Below, piece after piece: positions 26,961-35,141 of a DNA stretch of 35,141 bases. Below the pieces are notes generated by a model that ran no database searches, had not been told where the DNA came from, and worked only from the letters and a program-made list of their open reading frames with translations. How positions within the stretch are numbered: position 1 is the stretch's first letter; every line of letters begins with the position of its first letter. This stretch comes from Pyrobaculum sp. (GTDB lineage: Archaea > Thermoproteota > Thermoprotei > Thermoproteales > Thermoproteaceae), in contig JBKBOT010000009.1 of NCBI GenBank assembly GCA_046293555.1, positions 21,981 through 57,121 of the forward strand, written 5' to 3'. The translations under genes were made by a program, and so were the position numbers.

Positions 26961-27120
26961 AGGCGCAGCCGCCCGACGAGCTACCCATCACAATCCTGTT
27001 TTCAGACATCAGTCTGTACCAACAGTCCGGACATATCAAAACAACCCCCCTCTCTTTTACATTAGCCTCTAGTAGCGGCGTGTCTTCTTTTCCACAAATA
27101 GCGCATCTGTACATAGCCAT
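26953..27120 (-). CDS. Small zinc-finger protein, 55 aa (MAMYRCAICGKEDTPLLEANVKERGVVLICPDCWYRLMSENRIVMGSSSGGCACG)
   Basis: Hand-translated; CAIC and CPDC pairs; stop overlaps the mgtE start; TTTATCTA about 20 nt upstream. Confidence 0.75.
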   Translation of the reverse strand: MAMYRCAICGKEDTPLLEANVKERGVVLICPDCWYRLMSENRIVMGSSSGGCACG

Positions 27121-27284
27121 AGTGGACATTCTCCCTCTAGATAAATTTTTTCTCTACGGCACAGTGACAGTCACAGCCTGCCCCCCTCCAGCCATGTACC
27201 GCAGCTCCCAACATCGCCGCCATTGACGCTCTAGAGTAAGCCTCCCCGGCGAGATTATCGCTGGCTTTGGCGGCTTTCTACCAG

Positions 27285-28799
27285 TCAGCAGGGCTCTATG
27301 GTGGAGGGGGGCTTAGAGGAGATGGCGTATGTCACCATAGTTACCTCTGGTATTTCGGCAGTTATCCTTCTAGAGATTTTATCAAGTACCTCATAAGGCA
27401 CTCTCGCCCAGTCTGCAGTCATGGCGTCTTCACTCTCCACAACTCTTACCGTTACCACATAGCCAACCGCCCGTCTATCTCCCCTCACTCCCACCCACTT
27501 GTCTTCGCCAATTACGGCAAAGGCCTGCCAGACTTTTTGGTAAAGGCCGGCGTTTTCTAGCTCCTCTTCGACAATCCTACTTGCCTTTCGGACAATTTCC
27601 AGCTTTTCTCGGGTAAATCTTCCAACAATTCTGACCGCCAGTCCAGGGCCTGGAAAGGGATGTCGCCATACCACCTCCTCTGGGAGACCCAGCGCCTTTG
27701 CTATTTTTCTCACCTCGTCTTTATAAAATTCTCTTAACGGCTCTATAAGCCTTAAGTTAAACCATTGGGGCAATCCGCCCACATTGTGGTGACTTTTTAT
27801 CCTGTCTGCCCCCTTTACCGCCCCGCTTTCTATCACGTCCGGATAAAGAGTGCCTTGCGCCAAATATTTGGCGTTGGGAAACTGACTAATGGTCTCTGTG
27901 AAAATTTCTGCAAAAATCTCGCCTACGATCTTCCGCTTTTCTTCACAGTCGGAAACCCCCTCGAGTCTATTTAGAAACTTCTCTCTGGCGTCTATGTAAT
28001 ATACGTCTATCCCAAGTGTCTTCAATAGGGAGATTACCCTTTCTGGCTCTCCCTCTCTGAAAAGTCCATGGTCTACAAAGACGGCCTTTGCCCTTTCTCC
28101 CACAGCCTTGTGTACCAACATTGCGGTAACAGTGCTGTCTATCCCCCCGCTGACTCCAATAATCACATAGCCTTCAGGCGCGGCCTTTCTGATTTCTTCC
28201 ACAAGTCTTTCTGCCTGTCTTTCTGGCCACCACTCTGGCGTTATTTTTGCTATCTGGAGAAAATTGCGTATTAACAACATCCCCTTTGCCGTATGGCTAA
28301 CCTCTGGGTGGAACTGGACGCCGTAGATGTCACCACGCCGCATTGCTGCCACATAGCCGTTTTCGCTTACTGCCAGTACCTCAAACCCTTCTGGCGGTTT
28401 TTCCACATAGTCGCTATGGCTCATCCACACCACTTCCTCCCTTTCCCACTCGTGGAAAAGGGGGTCCTCACGTGTTATCTTTACCACAGTTTTCCCATAT
28501 TCTCCCTTACCCCGTTTTACCACGCCACCCAGCTTTTTTGCTAAAAGCTGGTGTCCATAACATATACCCAGCAGGGGCTTGCCCAAGGTAAGCAAATCCC
28601 CCGGAATCTCCGGCGCATTTCTTTCATATACAGAGCTAGGCCCCCCAGAGAGGATCACGGCTTTTACCGACATGTCTTTGGCAAAAACTGGCGCATCTTC
28701 TGGCGGGACTACTTCTGCATATACGCCTAGCTCTCTAACTCTCCTAGCTATGAGATGTACATACTGTCCGCCAAAATTTACCACTAACACCCTATCCAC
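27285..28799 (-). CDS. guaA: GMP synthase (fused GATase and ATP pyrophosphatase)
   Basis: LSGGPSSVY, GICYGHQ, QFHPEV, SGGIDS, IKSHHNVGG, HPFPGPGLAVR, KPPSTIE. Confidence 0.97.
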   Translation of the reverse strand: MDRVLVVNFGGQYVHLIARRVRELGVYAEVVPPEDAPVFAKDMSVKAVILSGGPSSVYERNAPEIPGDLLTLGKPLLGICYGHQLLAKKLGGVVKRGKGEYGKTVVKITREDPLFHEWEREEVVWMSHSDYVEKPPEGFEVLAVSENGYVAAMRRGDIYGVQFHPEVSHTAKGMLLIRNFLQIAKITPEWWPERQAERLVEEIRKAAPEGYVIIGVSGGIDSTVTAMLVHKAVGERAKAVFVDHGLFREGEPERVISLLKTLGIDVYYIDAREKFLNRLEGVSDCEEKRKIVGEIFAEIFTETISQFPNAKYLAQGTLYPDVIESGAVKGADRIKSHHNVGGLPQWFNLRLIEPLREFYKDEVRKIAKALGLPEEVVWRHPFPGPGLAVRIVGRFTREKLEIVRKASRIVEEELENAGLYQKVWQAFAVIGEDKWVGVRGDRRAVGYVVTVRVVESEDAMTADWARVPYEVLDKISRRITAEIPEVTMVTYAISSKPPSTIEPC

Positions 28800-28825
28800 A
28801 AGACTTAAGACAGTTGGTTAAAAAA

Positions 28826-30046
28826 CTATTCTACTGCCAACACGTCTAATTCTAGCACCTCTAAGTATGTGTTTAAAACTTCGGCCACACTTGGCGTCGT
28901 CCTCCCCCCGTCGCCATGTATAAACTCCTTTACATACAGCCCCCCCTGGCATCTTATATACAACTCGAAGACATGTGGGGTGATCTGACGCCACGCCATC
29001 TCGTACACCATCCTAGTCCTCTTACTTTTGGGACTCCGCCGTTTTATCCTCCTTGGGGTAAGCTGCGTCACCGCCCTCCCCTGTAGTGTGGAGAGGATAG
29101 ATAAGTCTCCCACAGGTCTATCTGAAGCCACTAAGGCTCGATATAGTTTAATACTTACCTTAGCCCTTTCCTTTAGTCTACGTACCTCAGCTCTGTCGGT
29201 AAGCTTTTTTGGGATAAATACCAGGTCTCGACCTACAAGTGGGGGCACAGCCGCCTTATATCTAGCGGGCTGTTTTACCTCTACCACGACCGGCCTGCCA
29301 GAGCCTAACATCCTCACATCTACATCCTCACGCCCCGCGGCGTGAATTACGTAATCTACGCCGCCGAAAACCTCCCGTATGTATTGAAGCCTTTCGAAAA
29401 GGCTTGTCTTCACCTCGCCAAATTTCTTCACTTGAGACATCCGCCTACTTAACTTGAGATATAGCCCCTCTACCAACAGGGGGTTTCTTGTCACAAACAC
29501 AGCGCCGGTGGCAATATCTATGTTAACCACCACCTGTGGCCTGTGTTTATCTACCTTACTGCCAACTAGCCTTAACGCCTCTCTCCCCACCCTCCTGTTT
29601 ATCTCATGTTTTATAGACTCCCCCGTAGTTAACATAAACTTCTTTACTATCTCTGCCTCGCGCTCAAGAACCTGTCGGGGGGCCACAGTGCCGACTAGAA
29701 AACTTTCATACTCTAGCCCCTCTAAGGCCTTAACTACAGCCTCTGCATATTTCTCCACGTCTTCTAGAATCCCTCCACATATGTAACACGGCTCTTTTCC
29801 CACCACGACGCCTAGTTTTGCCAAAAACCTTCGGGTAGGTTCATGGGTTTTAGCTAGCTTTCTTAAGTCTTCCAACGTGTTTACTCCCGACTTGTAGCTA
29901 GAGACGAGCTGCATATGTAGGACTGTCTTAATTGCGGCCCCCCTCTCTCTGTTCTCAATGCCGTACCCCATCTGGGCAAAGAGGCGCCCCAGGCAGGAGT
30001 CACATAGGGGGTACTCCCGCAAGATCTGTAACGCCCTGTCTAACAC
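28826..30046 (-). CDS. pus10: tRNA pseudouridine(54/55) synthase Pus10
   Basis: LCDSCLGRLF, CYICGG, AGREDVDVRMLGSGRP, QGGLYVKEFIHGDGGRTTPS. Confidence 0.95.
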   Translation of the reverse strand: MLDRALQILREYPLCDSCLGRLFAQMGYGIENRERGAAIKTVLHMQLVSSYKSGVNTLEDLRKLAKTHEPTRRFLAKLGVVVGKEPCYICGGILEDVEKYAEAVVKALEGLEYESFLVGTVAPRQVLEREAEIVKKFMLTTGESIKHEINRRVGREALRLVGSKVDKHRPQVVVNIDIATGAVFVTRNPLLVEGLYLKLSRRMSQVKKFGEVKTSLFERLQYIREVFGGVDYVIHAAGREDVDVRMLGSGRPVVVEVKQPARYKAAVPPLVGRDLVFIPKKLTDRAEVRRLKERAKVSIKLYRALVASDRPVGDLSILSTLQGRAVTQLTPRRIKRRSPKSKRTRMVYEMAWRQITPHVFELYIRCQGGLYVKEFIHGDGGRTTPSVAEVLNTYLEVLELDVLAVE

Positions 30047-30072
30047 AGTGGGGCTAGAGGGGGGCTATAAAA

Positions 30073-30522
30073 TTATTGCCGCATGGCGGCAATTCTATCT
30101 GCCATAATGTTTACCACAACCACCTGGTGGTGTGGCGGCAATCTGTCAACACCAACCCCACACTCTGTGTCGAGGTGTATACTCTCTTCTAGCTTTACTA
30201 GATAGGTAAACGGCGGCTTGGGGAGACAGAGGACACGGCCGCCGGCCCCCATCGTGACCCCCCTCGTCAAGTCTCTTACCTCTATGGGGCTGTTAAACGC
30301 CTTTTTTAGAAAACCTATAGAAGACCCCTCGTCTGGGTAAAGTCTCCTTACTTTAGCCCCGGATATCTTTACCGCCTTTCTTATGTCAACTAGGTAAAAC
30401 ACTACCTCCACGTCTTTACGGACGCCGTTGGAGATCAACAGGGCCCCTGTCAAGATCTTGGCGTGTATATGTGGCACCTCTCTAAACTTCTCTATGGACG
30501 TATATATCAGAAAACGCCTCAC
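30073..30522 (-). CDS. TrmY-like SPOUT-family protein, short and degenerate
   Basis: MRRF..., ALLISNGVRKDV, LYPDEGS.IGFLKKA resemble TrmY; adjacent to pus10. Confidence 0.62.
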   Translation of the reverse strand: MRRFLIYTSIEKFREVPHIHAKILTGALLISNGVRKDVEVVFYLVDIRKAVKISGAKVRRLYPDEGSSIGFLKKAFNSPIEVRDLTRGVTMGAGGRVLCLPKPPFTYLVKLEESIHLDTECGVGVDRLPPHHQVVVVNIMADRIAAMRQ

Positions 30523-31811
30523 CTAATTCTAAACCTTAGCTGGCGTTTTAAAGTTTTCGACATCCTCTTTAAGTTTTCATAGGTGGTTAACATCTCTTTT
30601 ACATCTCTAGGCGTGACCCCGGCGCCTAGGGCAATCCTCCTTATCCGCGACGCGTTGAGAATCTCCGGCTTTTTTAACTCCTCCCGCGTCATGGAGCTCA
30701 ATATGGCGCGCCACCTCTTTATATTTCGTTCAGATAGCTCTATCTGCTCTTCTGAAATCTTGACGCCTGCCGGCAGTAGCTGAAATACCTTACTTAAAGG
30801 CCCCAACTTAGCCAGACCCTCTATCTGTCTCTTGAAGAGAAGTAGGTCAAATCTGCCGGATTCTATCTCTTCTAGCACTTTTTCCTCTTCAAAAACTGCC
30901 CTTATCTTCTCCACAAGGGCGTTAACATCCCCCATCCCAAGAAGTCTCGCCACAAACTTCCTCGCGTCAAACGCCTCTAGCTCGTCTACATCCTCGCCAA
31001 CGCCTATAAACTTAACTCTGGCGCCAGTCTTGCTTACTGCCGCCAAGGCGCCGCCGCCTCTAGCCGTGCTGTCCATCTTGGTTATGATTACCGAATGTAT
31101 CGGCAGATATTTCATAAATGCCTCCGCCTGCGCCGCAGCAAGCTTGCCTATAGTGGCGTCAATCACCAAAGTCACCTCATCTGGCCTAATGGCGTTATAG
31201 ATGGCGCCCACCTCTTGAAGTAACGCCTCCTCGTTTCTATGCCTACCCGCCGTATCTACAATAATCACGTCGAGATGTTTAAAGTTTTGGACACCCCTAA
31301 CTGCTGTCTGTACGGCGTCTCTAGAGTCCCTCTCGCCGTAGAAAGGCGCCCCGATTCTTTCGGCTAGTTGCTTAAGTTGGTCAAATGCGGCGGGCCTAAG
31401 CGTGTCTGTCTCCACAAGCCCCACCCTGTACCCCCTTTTCGTCAAATATTTCGCGAGTTTAGCCGCCGTCGTGGTTTTGCCACTGCCCTCCACGCCGATG
31501 AGTAAAATCACGTAGGGCTTTTTGCCAGGCTTAAACTCGGCCGTCTGTTCCCCTCCAAGTAGTTTTACCAACTCTTCATATAGGACATAGATAAGATACT
31601 CCCTTGGAGGTATACCTGCAGGCGGCTTTTCTTCTCTTATCCTCTTTATGGCGCCGTCGGTAAATATTTTCACCAAGTCAATTGGCACGTCGGCCTTAAG
31701 GAGAGACCGTTGGATCTCTCTAGCCAGCTCTTGTAGCGTCGCCTCGTCTATATATTCGGTACCCCGTATTTTTTCTACAAGTTTACTAAACGCCTCTGCG
31801 AGGACTTTCAT
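30519..31811 (-). CDS. srp54: Signal recognition particle 54 kDa protein
   Basis: GVEGSGKTT, DTLRPAAFDQL, DTAGR, TKMD..ARGGGAL, M-domain SRIRRIALGAG. Confidence 0.97.
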   Translation of the reverse strand: MKVLAEAFSKLVEKIRGTEYIDEATLQELAREIQRSLLKADVPIDLVKIFTDGAIKRIREEKPPAGIPPREYLIYVLYEELVKLLGGEQTAEFKPGKKPYVILLIGVEGSGKTTTAAKLAKYLTKRGYRVGLVETDTLRPAAFDQLKQLAERIGAPFYGERDSRDAVQTAVRGVQNFKHLDVIIVDTAGRHRNEEALLQEVGAIYNAIRPDEVTLVIDATIGKLAAAQAEAFMKYLPIHSVIITKMDSTARGGGALAAVSKTGARVKFIGVGEDVDELEAFDARKFVARLLGMGDVNALVEKIRAVFEEEKVLEEIESGRFDLLLFKRQIEGLAKLGPLSKVFQLLPAGVKISEEQIELSERNIKRWRAILSSMTREELKKPEILNASRIRRIALGAGVTPRDVKEMLTTYENLKRMSKTLKRQLRFRIR

Positions 31812-32629
31812 TAGGCTTGTTGTTGAATATACCAGACGTCTATACCCTTCATGTAGCCCTCTAGGCTCCCCAACACGTATATGCCATATTGTGGATATAT
31901 ATCAAATACCAGCTTCTGGGGCCTTACGGGCGTCCAACGCATTTTACGTATAAACATAACCCTGAGGACAAACCCTCTATATTCCACCAGCTCTAGCTTA
32001 ATAACACCGCTTGCCAAATACTCCTCTACTCCAAACCTGCTGATTTTGTTCTCCCCCGTGGGTATTTCAGAAGTCATTATGGTTGTGACGTCTTTAATTT
32101 TTCTCATTTGAAAAACAAGCTCCCTCATGTACTCTCTTACCCACAGCACGTCGGTATGTGACGTTATTATCAACGGCGCTATTGGGTCTATAGCCATACG
32201 CTTAATCCCAAACTTCTTCACGTACTCCAGTATTATCTTGGCAATATCTCTAGGGTCTGCCGAGACTTTTTCCTCTTTGGCATAAGTCCTGAAGTGTGTC
32301 CTCAAGTCTACAAATATCAACCTGTTTTGACTTTCTAACGTGTCTAGATCCCACCCCAGCGACTCCCTCACGCCACGTTTTACATCTTCAGAGGGCTCAT
32401 CAATCGTTATGTAAAGACCTGGCTCGTCATAAAGCTCCGCGCCAGTTTTTAGAAACTGGAGGCTAAAAATGGTCTTCCCCTGGCCAGCCTCTCCGGCAAC
32501 TAGGTATATCTCCCCCTTGCGAAAACCGCCTTGGAGAATCTGGTCTAGGTAACCTATCCCAGTGGATGTCCTGTTGTCATATATGGGGTAATAGTCCTGG
32601 TAGTCATAGCCGTACTGCTGGTAAGACAT
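31811..32629 (-). CDS. Single-domain KaiC/RAD55-like RecA-superfamily ATPase
   Basis: STGIGYLD..L.GG, GEAGQGKT, SRFGVEEYLASGVI.L, IRKMR; ATG 32629 fits the TATA at about 32647-32656; TAATG coupling to srp54. Confidence 0.88.
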   Translation of the reverse strand: MSYQQYGYDYQDYYPIYDNRTSTGIGYLDQILQGGFRKGEIYLVAGEAGQGKTIFSLQFLKTGAELYDEPGLYITIDEPSEDVKRGVRESLGWDLDTLESQNRLIFVDLRTHFRTYAKEEKVSADPRDIAKIILEYVKKFGIKRMAIDPIAPLIITSHTDVLWVREYMRELVFQMRKIKDVTTIMTSEIPTGENKISRFGVEEYLASGVIKLELVEYRGFVLRVMFIRKMRWTPVRPQKLVFDIYPQYGIYVLGSLEGYMKGIDVWYIQQQA

Positions 32630-32681
32630 ACGTCTCTCGGGGATGATATAAATATATTTGTTTTGTCTAACAAAACGCCGT

Positions 32682-33086
32682 CTAGCCAATACGCCAAACA
32701 CCTCTAAATTCAAACACCACCTTCCCCACAATGTCCCCCCAGATCTCCACAACTTTGTCCACAAGGGCTAAGTCTATGGAGGAGATAAAAAGCGCCGTGT
32801 GAAAAGCCCCACGTCTAAATGGCGGCAGCCAGTAGCTCGCCGCCAGCAGCTCGCCCAGCTCGCCTCGCCTACGTCTAGCTATCTGTAACATGTCTAGAGA
32901 GATGTCTAGACAAACCACATAGCTTTGTACAGCCTCGAAAACTAGCCCCACGCCACATCCCACATCTACAGCCCGCTCGCCCACCTGAGAGGCAACCATC
33001 CAGTACTTACGACGTTGTTCCTCGCCATAAACCTCATCATATATGGCCGCCAGATGTCTGTAGAGCTCTATTATATAGTTTTCCAT
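32682..33086 (-). CDS. Short class I SAM-dependent methyltransferase
   Basis: YDEVYGEEQ, VDVGCGVG motif I, LDISLDML, PPFRRGAF. Confidence 0.78.
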   Translation of the reverse strand: MENYIIELYRHLAAIYDEVYGEEQRRKYWMVASQVGERAVDVGCGVGLVFEAVQSYVVCLDISLDMLQIARRRRGELGELLAASYWLPPFRRGAFHTALFISSIDLALVDKVVEIWGDIVGKVVFEFRGVWRIG

Positions 33087-34147
33087 AATAGCGCCATAGA
33101 TGTCGTCGATGTGGCCAACGAGGTGAAAACTATTAGCCAGCCCGCACCTATCTCAACGAGGTAGCCATAAATCACGCCGCCGGCAAGTAGCCCAAGTCCC
33201 CACATGGCGTTAACCACGCCTAGCGACGTGGCGCCGCCGAGTTTTGACGCCTGCGCCTTAGCCGCCACGTCTGCATATGATATAAGTACGGCGTATATAA
33301 AGGCGCCGAGGAAGAAAAAGCCATGCGTAAAAGAAAGAGCTAGAAACACCGCAGAGAGAGGCCCCAACGCCACCGTCTTGACGCTCCTGTCGTACAAATA
33401 TCCAAGTAACATGGAGGCAGGTATTTCAAAAATCATGGCGGCTAGATATAACGACGCAGCCACCCACGGCACTTCAGCCAGTCTATACATAAAAAGCGAG
33501 ATGTGTATTAACGAGAGGCCGAGAAAAAATTGAGACAACCCGAAAAAGGCCACGTGTCCCCTGTCTGAAGCCCTACGTGGCGGAGACACGCCCCCAAGTC
33601 TATATGCGGCAAATAGTGTGGCCAAAGCCACCAAGCCAGGTGGTATCGCCATAATAAAGACGTCTACAGGACTCTTGCCGAGATAAAGTATCGTCGTGGC
33701 TATAGAGGCTCCAATAATTGCCCCCACCTGGTCTATAGCCGCATGTAGGCCATACGCCTTGCCGCTAGACCTGCCGCCTGCAGAGGCTATAAGCACATCT
33801 CTAGAGGGGGTCCTAAGGGCTTTGCTAAACCTCTCGAGAAAAACCAAAAGGGCCACCTGCCACATGTCTCTAGCAAATATAAGCCCCGCCACCGCCCCCA
33901 CCTGAAGCCCATAGCCGAGAAAGGTCTCCAGCCAGTATCCCCCCCTCCTATCTGCAAGAGCCCCCGTCACCAGACGGGCGGCGTAGCCAATCGCGTCGCC
34001 CAAGCCAAAAACAAAGCCGACAAATACGGCCGAGGCGCCCAACATGGCTAGATACTGTGGAACTACAGCCCGCGTGCTTTCATAAAGCCAGTCTGCAAAA
34101 AGAGAGGTAAGGCCCAGAAGTAGGATAAACCTTATGTACATGGACAC
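33071..34147 (-). CDS. MFS transporter
   Basis: GALADRRG motif A, ERFSKALRTPSRD, AYGLHAAIDQVGA, GYLYDR; multiple TM helices. Confidence 0.88.
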   Translation of the reverse strand: MSMYIRFILLLGLTSLFADWLYESTRAVVPQYLAMLGASAVFVGFVFGLGDAIGYAARLVTGALADRRGGYWLETFLGYGLQVGAVAGLIFARDMWQVALLVFLERFSKALRTPSRDVLIASAGGRSSGKAYGLHAAIDQVGAIIGASIATTILYLGKSPVDVFIMAIPPGLVALATLFAAYRLGGVSPPRRASDRGHVAFFGLSQFFLGLSLIHISLFMYRLAEVPWVAASLYLAAMIFEIPASMLLGYLYDRSVKTVALGPLSAVFLALSFTHGFFFLGAFIYAVLISYADVAAKAQASKLGGATSLGVVNAMWGLGLLAGGVIYGYLVEIGAGWLIVFTSLATSTTSMALLWKTI

Positions 34148-34197
34148 AACACGGAAAAGCTCCCCAATCCGGAGGCCACCTGTCCACCCGCTATGGC

Positions 34198-34962
34198 TTA
34201 AGCCCCTATGTATACCTCTCTTACCTTGGGGTCAGAGGCCACCTGGTCTGGAGTGCCGTATGCGATAACCCTCCCGCTAGCCATGGCGTAGACCACATCT
34301 ACGTAACTAAACGCTATGTCTATCCTATGTTCAATGACGAGAAAGGTGACGTTCTGTCCTCTGTTTATATCTACCACAGTCTTAAAGACCTCATGCGCCT
34401 GGTCTATGGGGACGCCGGCGATAGGCTCGTCAAGTATTACAAGATCTGCGCCTGCCATCAACGCCCTGGATAACTCAAGTAGTTTCAACTCGCCGGCAGA
34501 CAGCATGTAGGCAGGTACATGCCACTTGTCCACAAGACGTGTAGCCTCTAGAATCCGAAACGCCCTCTCAGCCAGCTCCTCCTCTTGCCGCGTCCAAGTT
34601 TTCAACATTGCGGAGACCACCCCCTCGCCCCTATGGCCTCTGGCCACAGCCAGCAGGTTTTCCAACACTGTTAACCTATGGAACACCTGCGGTATCTGGA
34701 AGGACCTCACTACGCCGGCCTCAAAAATCCTGTTGGGCGGCCAGCCGGTTATATCAATAACTTTCTCCCCCCTGTGGTAATACACCCTTCCAGCCTCCGG
34801 CCTATAGACGCCAGTAATTACATTTACTAGAGTAGTCTTGCCAGACCCATTGGGCCCAATAATTAGGGTGATTTTCCCCCTCTTGATGTTTACATCAACT
34901 CCGTCGAGAGCTCTAAAAGCCCCAAACTGTTTTACAATACCCTTCGTAACTAAGATATCCAT
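34198..34962 (-). CDS. Branched-chain amino acid ABC transporter ATPase (LivG-like)
   Basis: GPNGSGKTT, RSFQ, LTVLENL, LDEPIAG, IEH, GTP..V..DPKVREVYIG. Confidence 0.88.
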   Translation of the reverse strand: MDILVTKGIVKQFGAFRALDGVDVNIKRGKITLIIGPNGSGKTTLVNVITGVYRPEAGRVYYHRGEKVIDITGWPPNRIFEAGVVRSFQIPQVFHRLTVLENLLAVARGHRGEGVVSAMLKTWTRQEEELAERAFRILEATRLVDKWHVPAYMLSAGELKLLELSRALMAGADLVILDEPIAGVPIDQAHEVFKTVVDINRGQNVTFLVIEHRIDIAFSYVDVVYAMASGRVIAYGTPDQVASDPKVREVYIGA

Positions 34963-34976
34963 AAGAAAAAAATACT

Positions 34977-35141
34977 TTATTTAAATAATGGCTCTCCCTC
35001 GTTAAACACGGTAATTTTTCTCTCTGTTCCGTGGTAATACGCCGCATCTATATATTTAGCTTGTCCATCTGTGATAACTACGCCGTAGATTAGATAATTG
35101 GGATAGGCCCTGTCGCCGTTTTCATCTAGAAAGACTTTGCC
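34977..35141 (-). CDS. C-terminal fragment of a probable ABC substrate-binding protein (LivK-like), truncated by the window edge
   Basis: Open frame GKVFLDENGDRAYPNYLIYGVV...EPLFK*; the DENGDR motif is typical of Liv-type binding proteins; lies upstream of the LivG-like gene. Confidence 0.65.
   Translation of the reverse strand, partial: GKVFLDENGDRAYPNYLIYGVVITDGQAKYIDAAYYHGTERKITVFNEGEPLFK

Noticed and set aside
32630-32764. N-terminal extension of the KaiC-like ORF
   Set aside because: Overlaps the methyltransferase gene and a TATA box; ATG 32629 fits better
233-34780. Numerous 60-170 aa antisense or alternative-frame ORFs nested in recognised genes
   Set aside because: Ser/Thr/Ala-rich mirror-frame composition with no motifs; fully overlapped by well-supported genes
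1-35141. CRISPR arrays, IS elements, proviruses, rRNA
   Set aside because: No regularly spaced repeats, transposase or integrase motifs, or rRNA-like stretches were seen; the window is almost fully tiled by housekeeping genes

Overview
Archaeal core-genome window with hallmarks of Thermoproteales, most likely Pyrobaculum or a close relative (CC1 chromatin protein, tRNA with non-canonical BHB introns, leaderless genes about 22 nt downstream of TATA boxes). It is densely coding. Housekeeping genes include pelota, rpl24/rps4e, srp54, cca/thpR, a TFE-beta-like gene, pus10, a trmY-like gene, guaA and ribH. Metabolic and transport genes include an ilvB-ACT-ilvC-ilvE operon, a serA/aminotransferase/DUF89 trio, ABC ATPases, mgtE and an MFS. 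Features absent from the ORF track were read by hand: tRNA-Ile(GAU) with two introns (22/23 and 53/54), tRNA-Leu(GAG), two clear and one probable C/D-box guide sRNAs, the 57-aa cc1 gene and three further small ORFs. Best leads: the ilvB 5' end is out of frame with its promoter-positioned ATG across a G5 run (uORF, phase variation or sequencing error); a 75-bp perfect repeat is shared by two otherwise diverged ABC ATPase paralogues; a DUF89 phosphatase may replace SerB; a His-rich NikR-like orphan protein; and a minimal nucleotidyltransferase-like ORF downstream of a beta-CASP nuclease. No CRISPR array, transposase, integrase or rRNA was seen. All protein calls come from motif recognition, not database searches.
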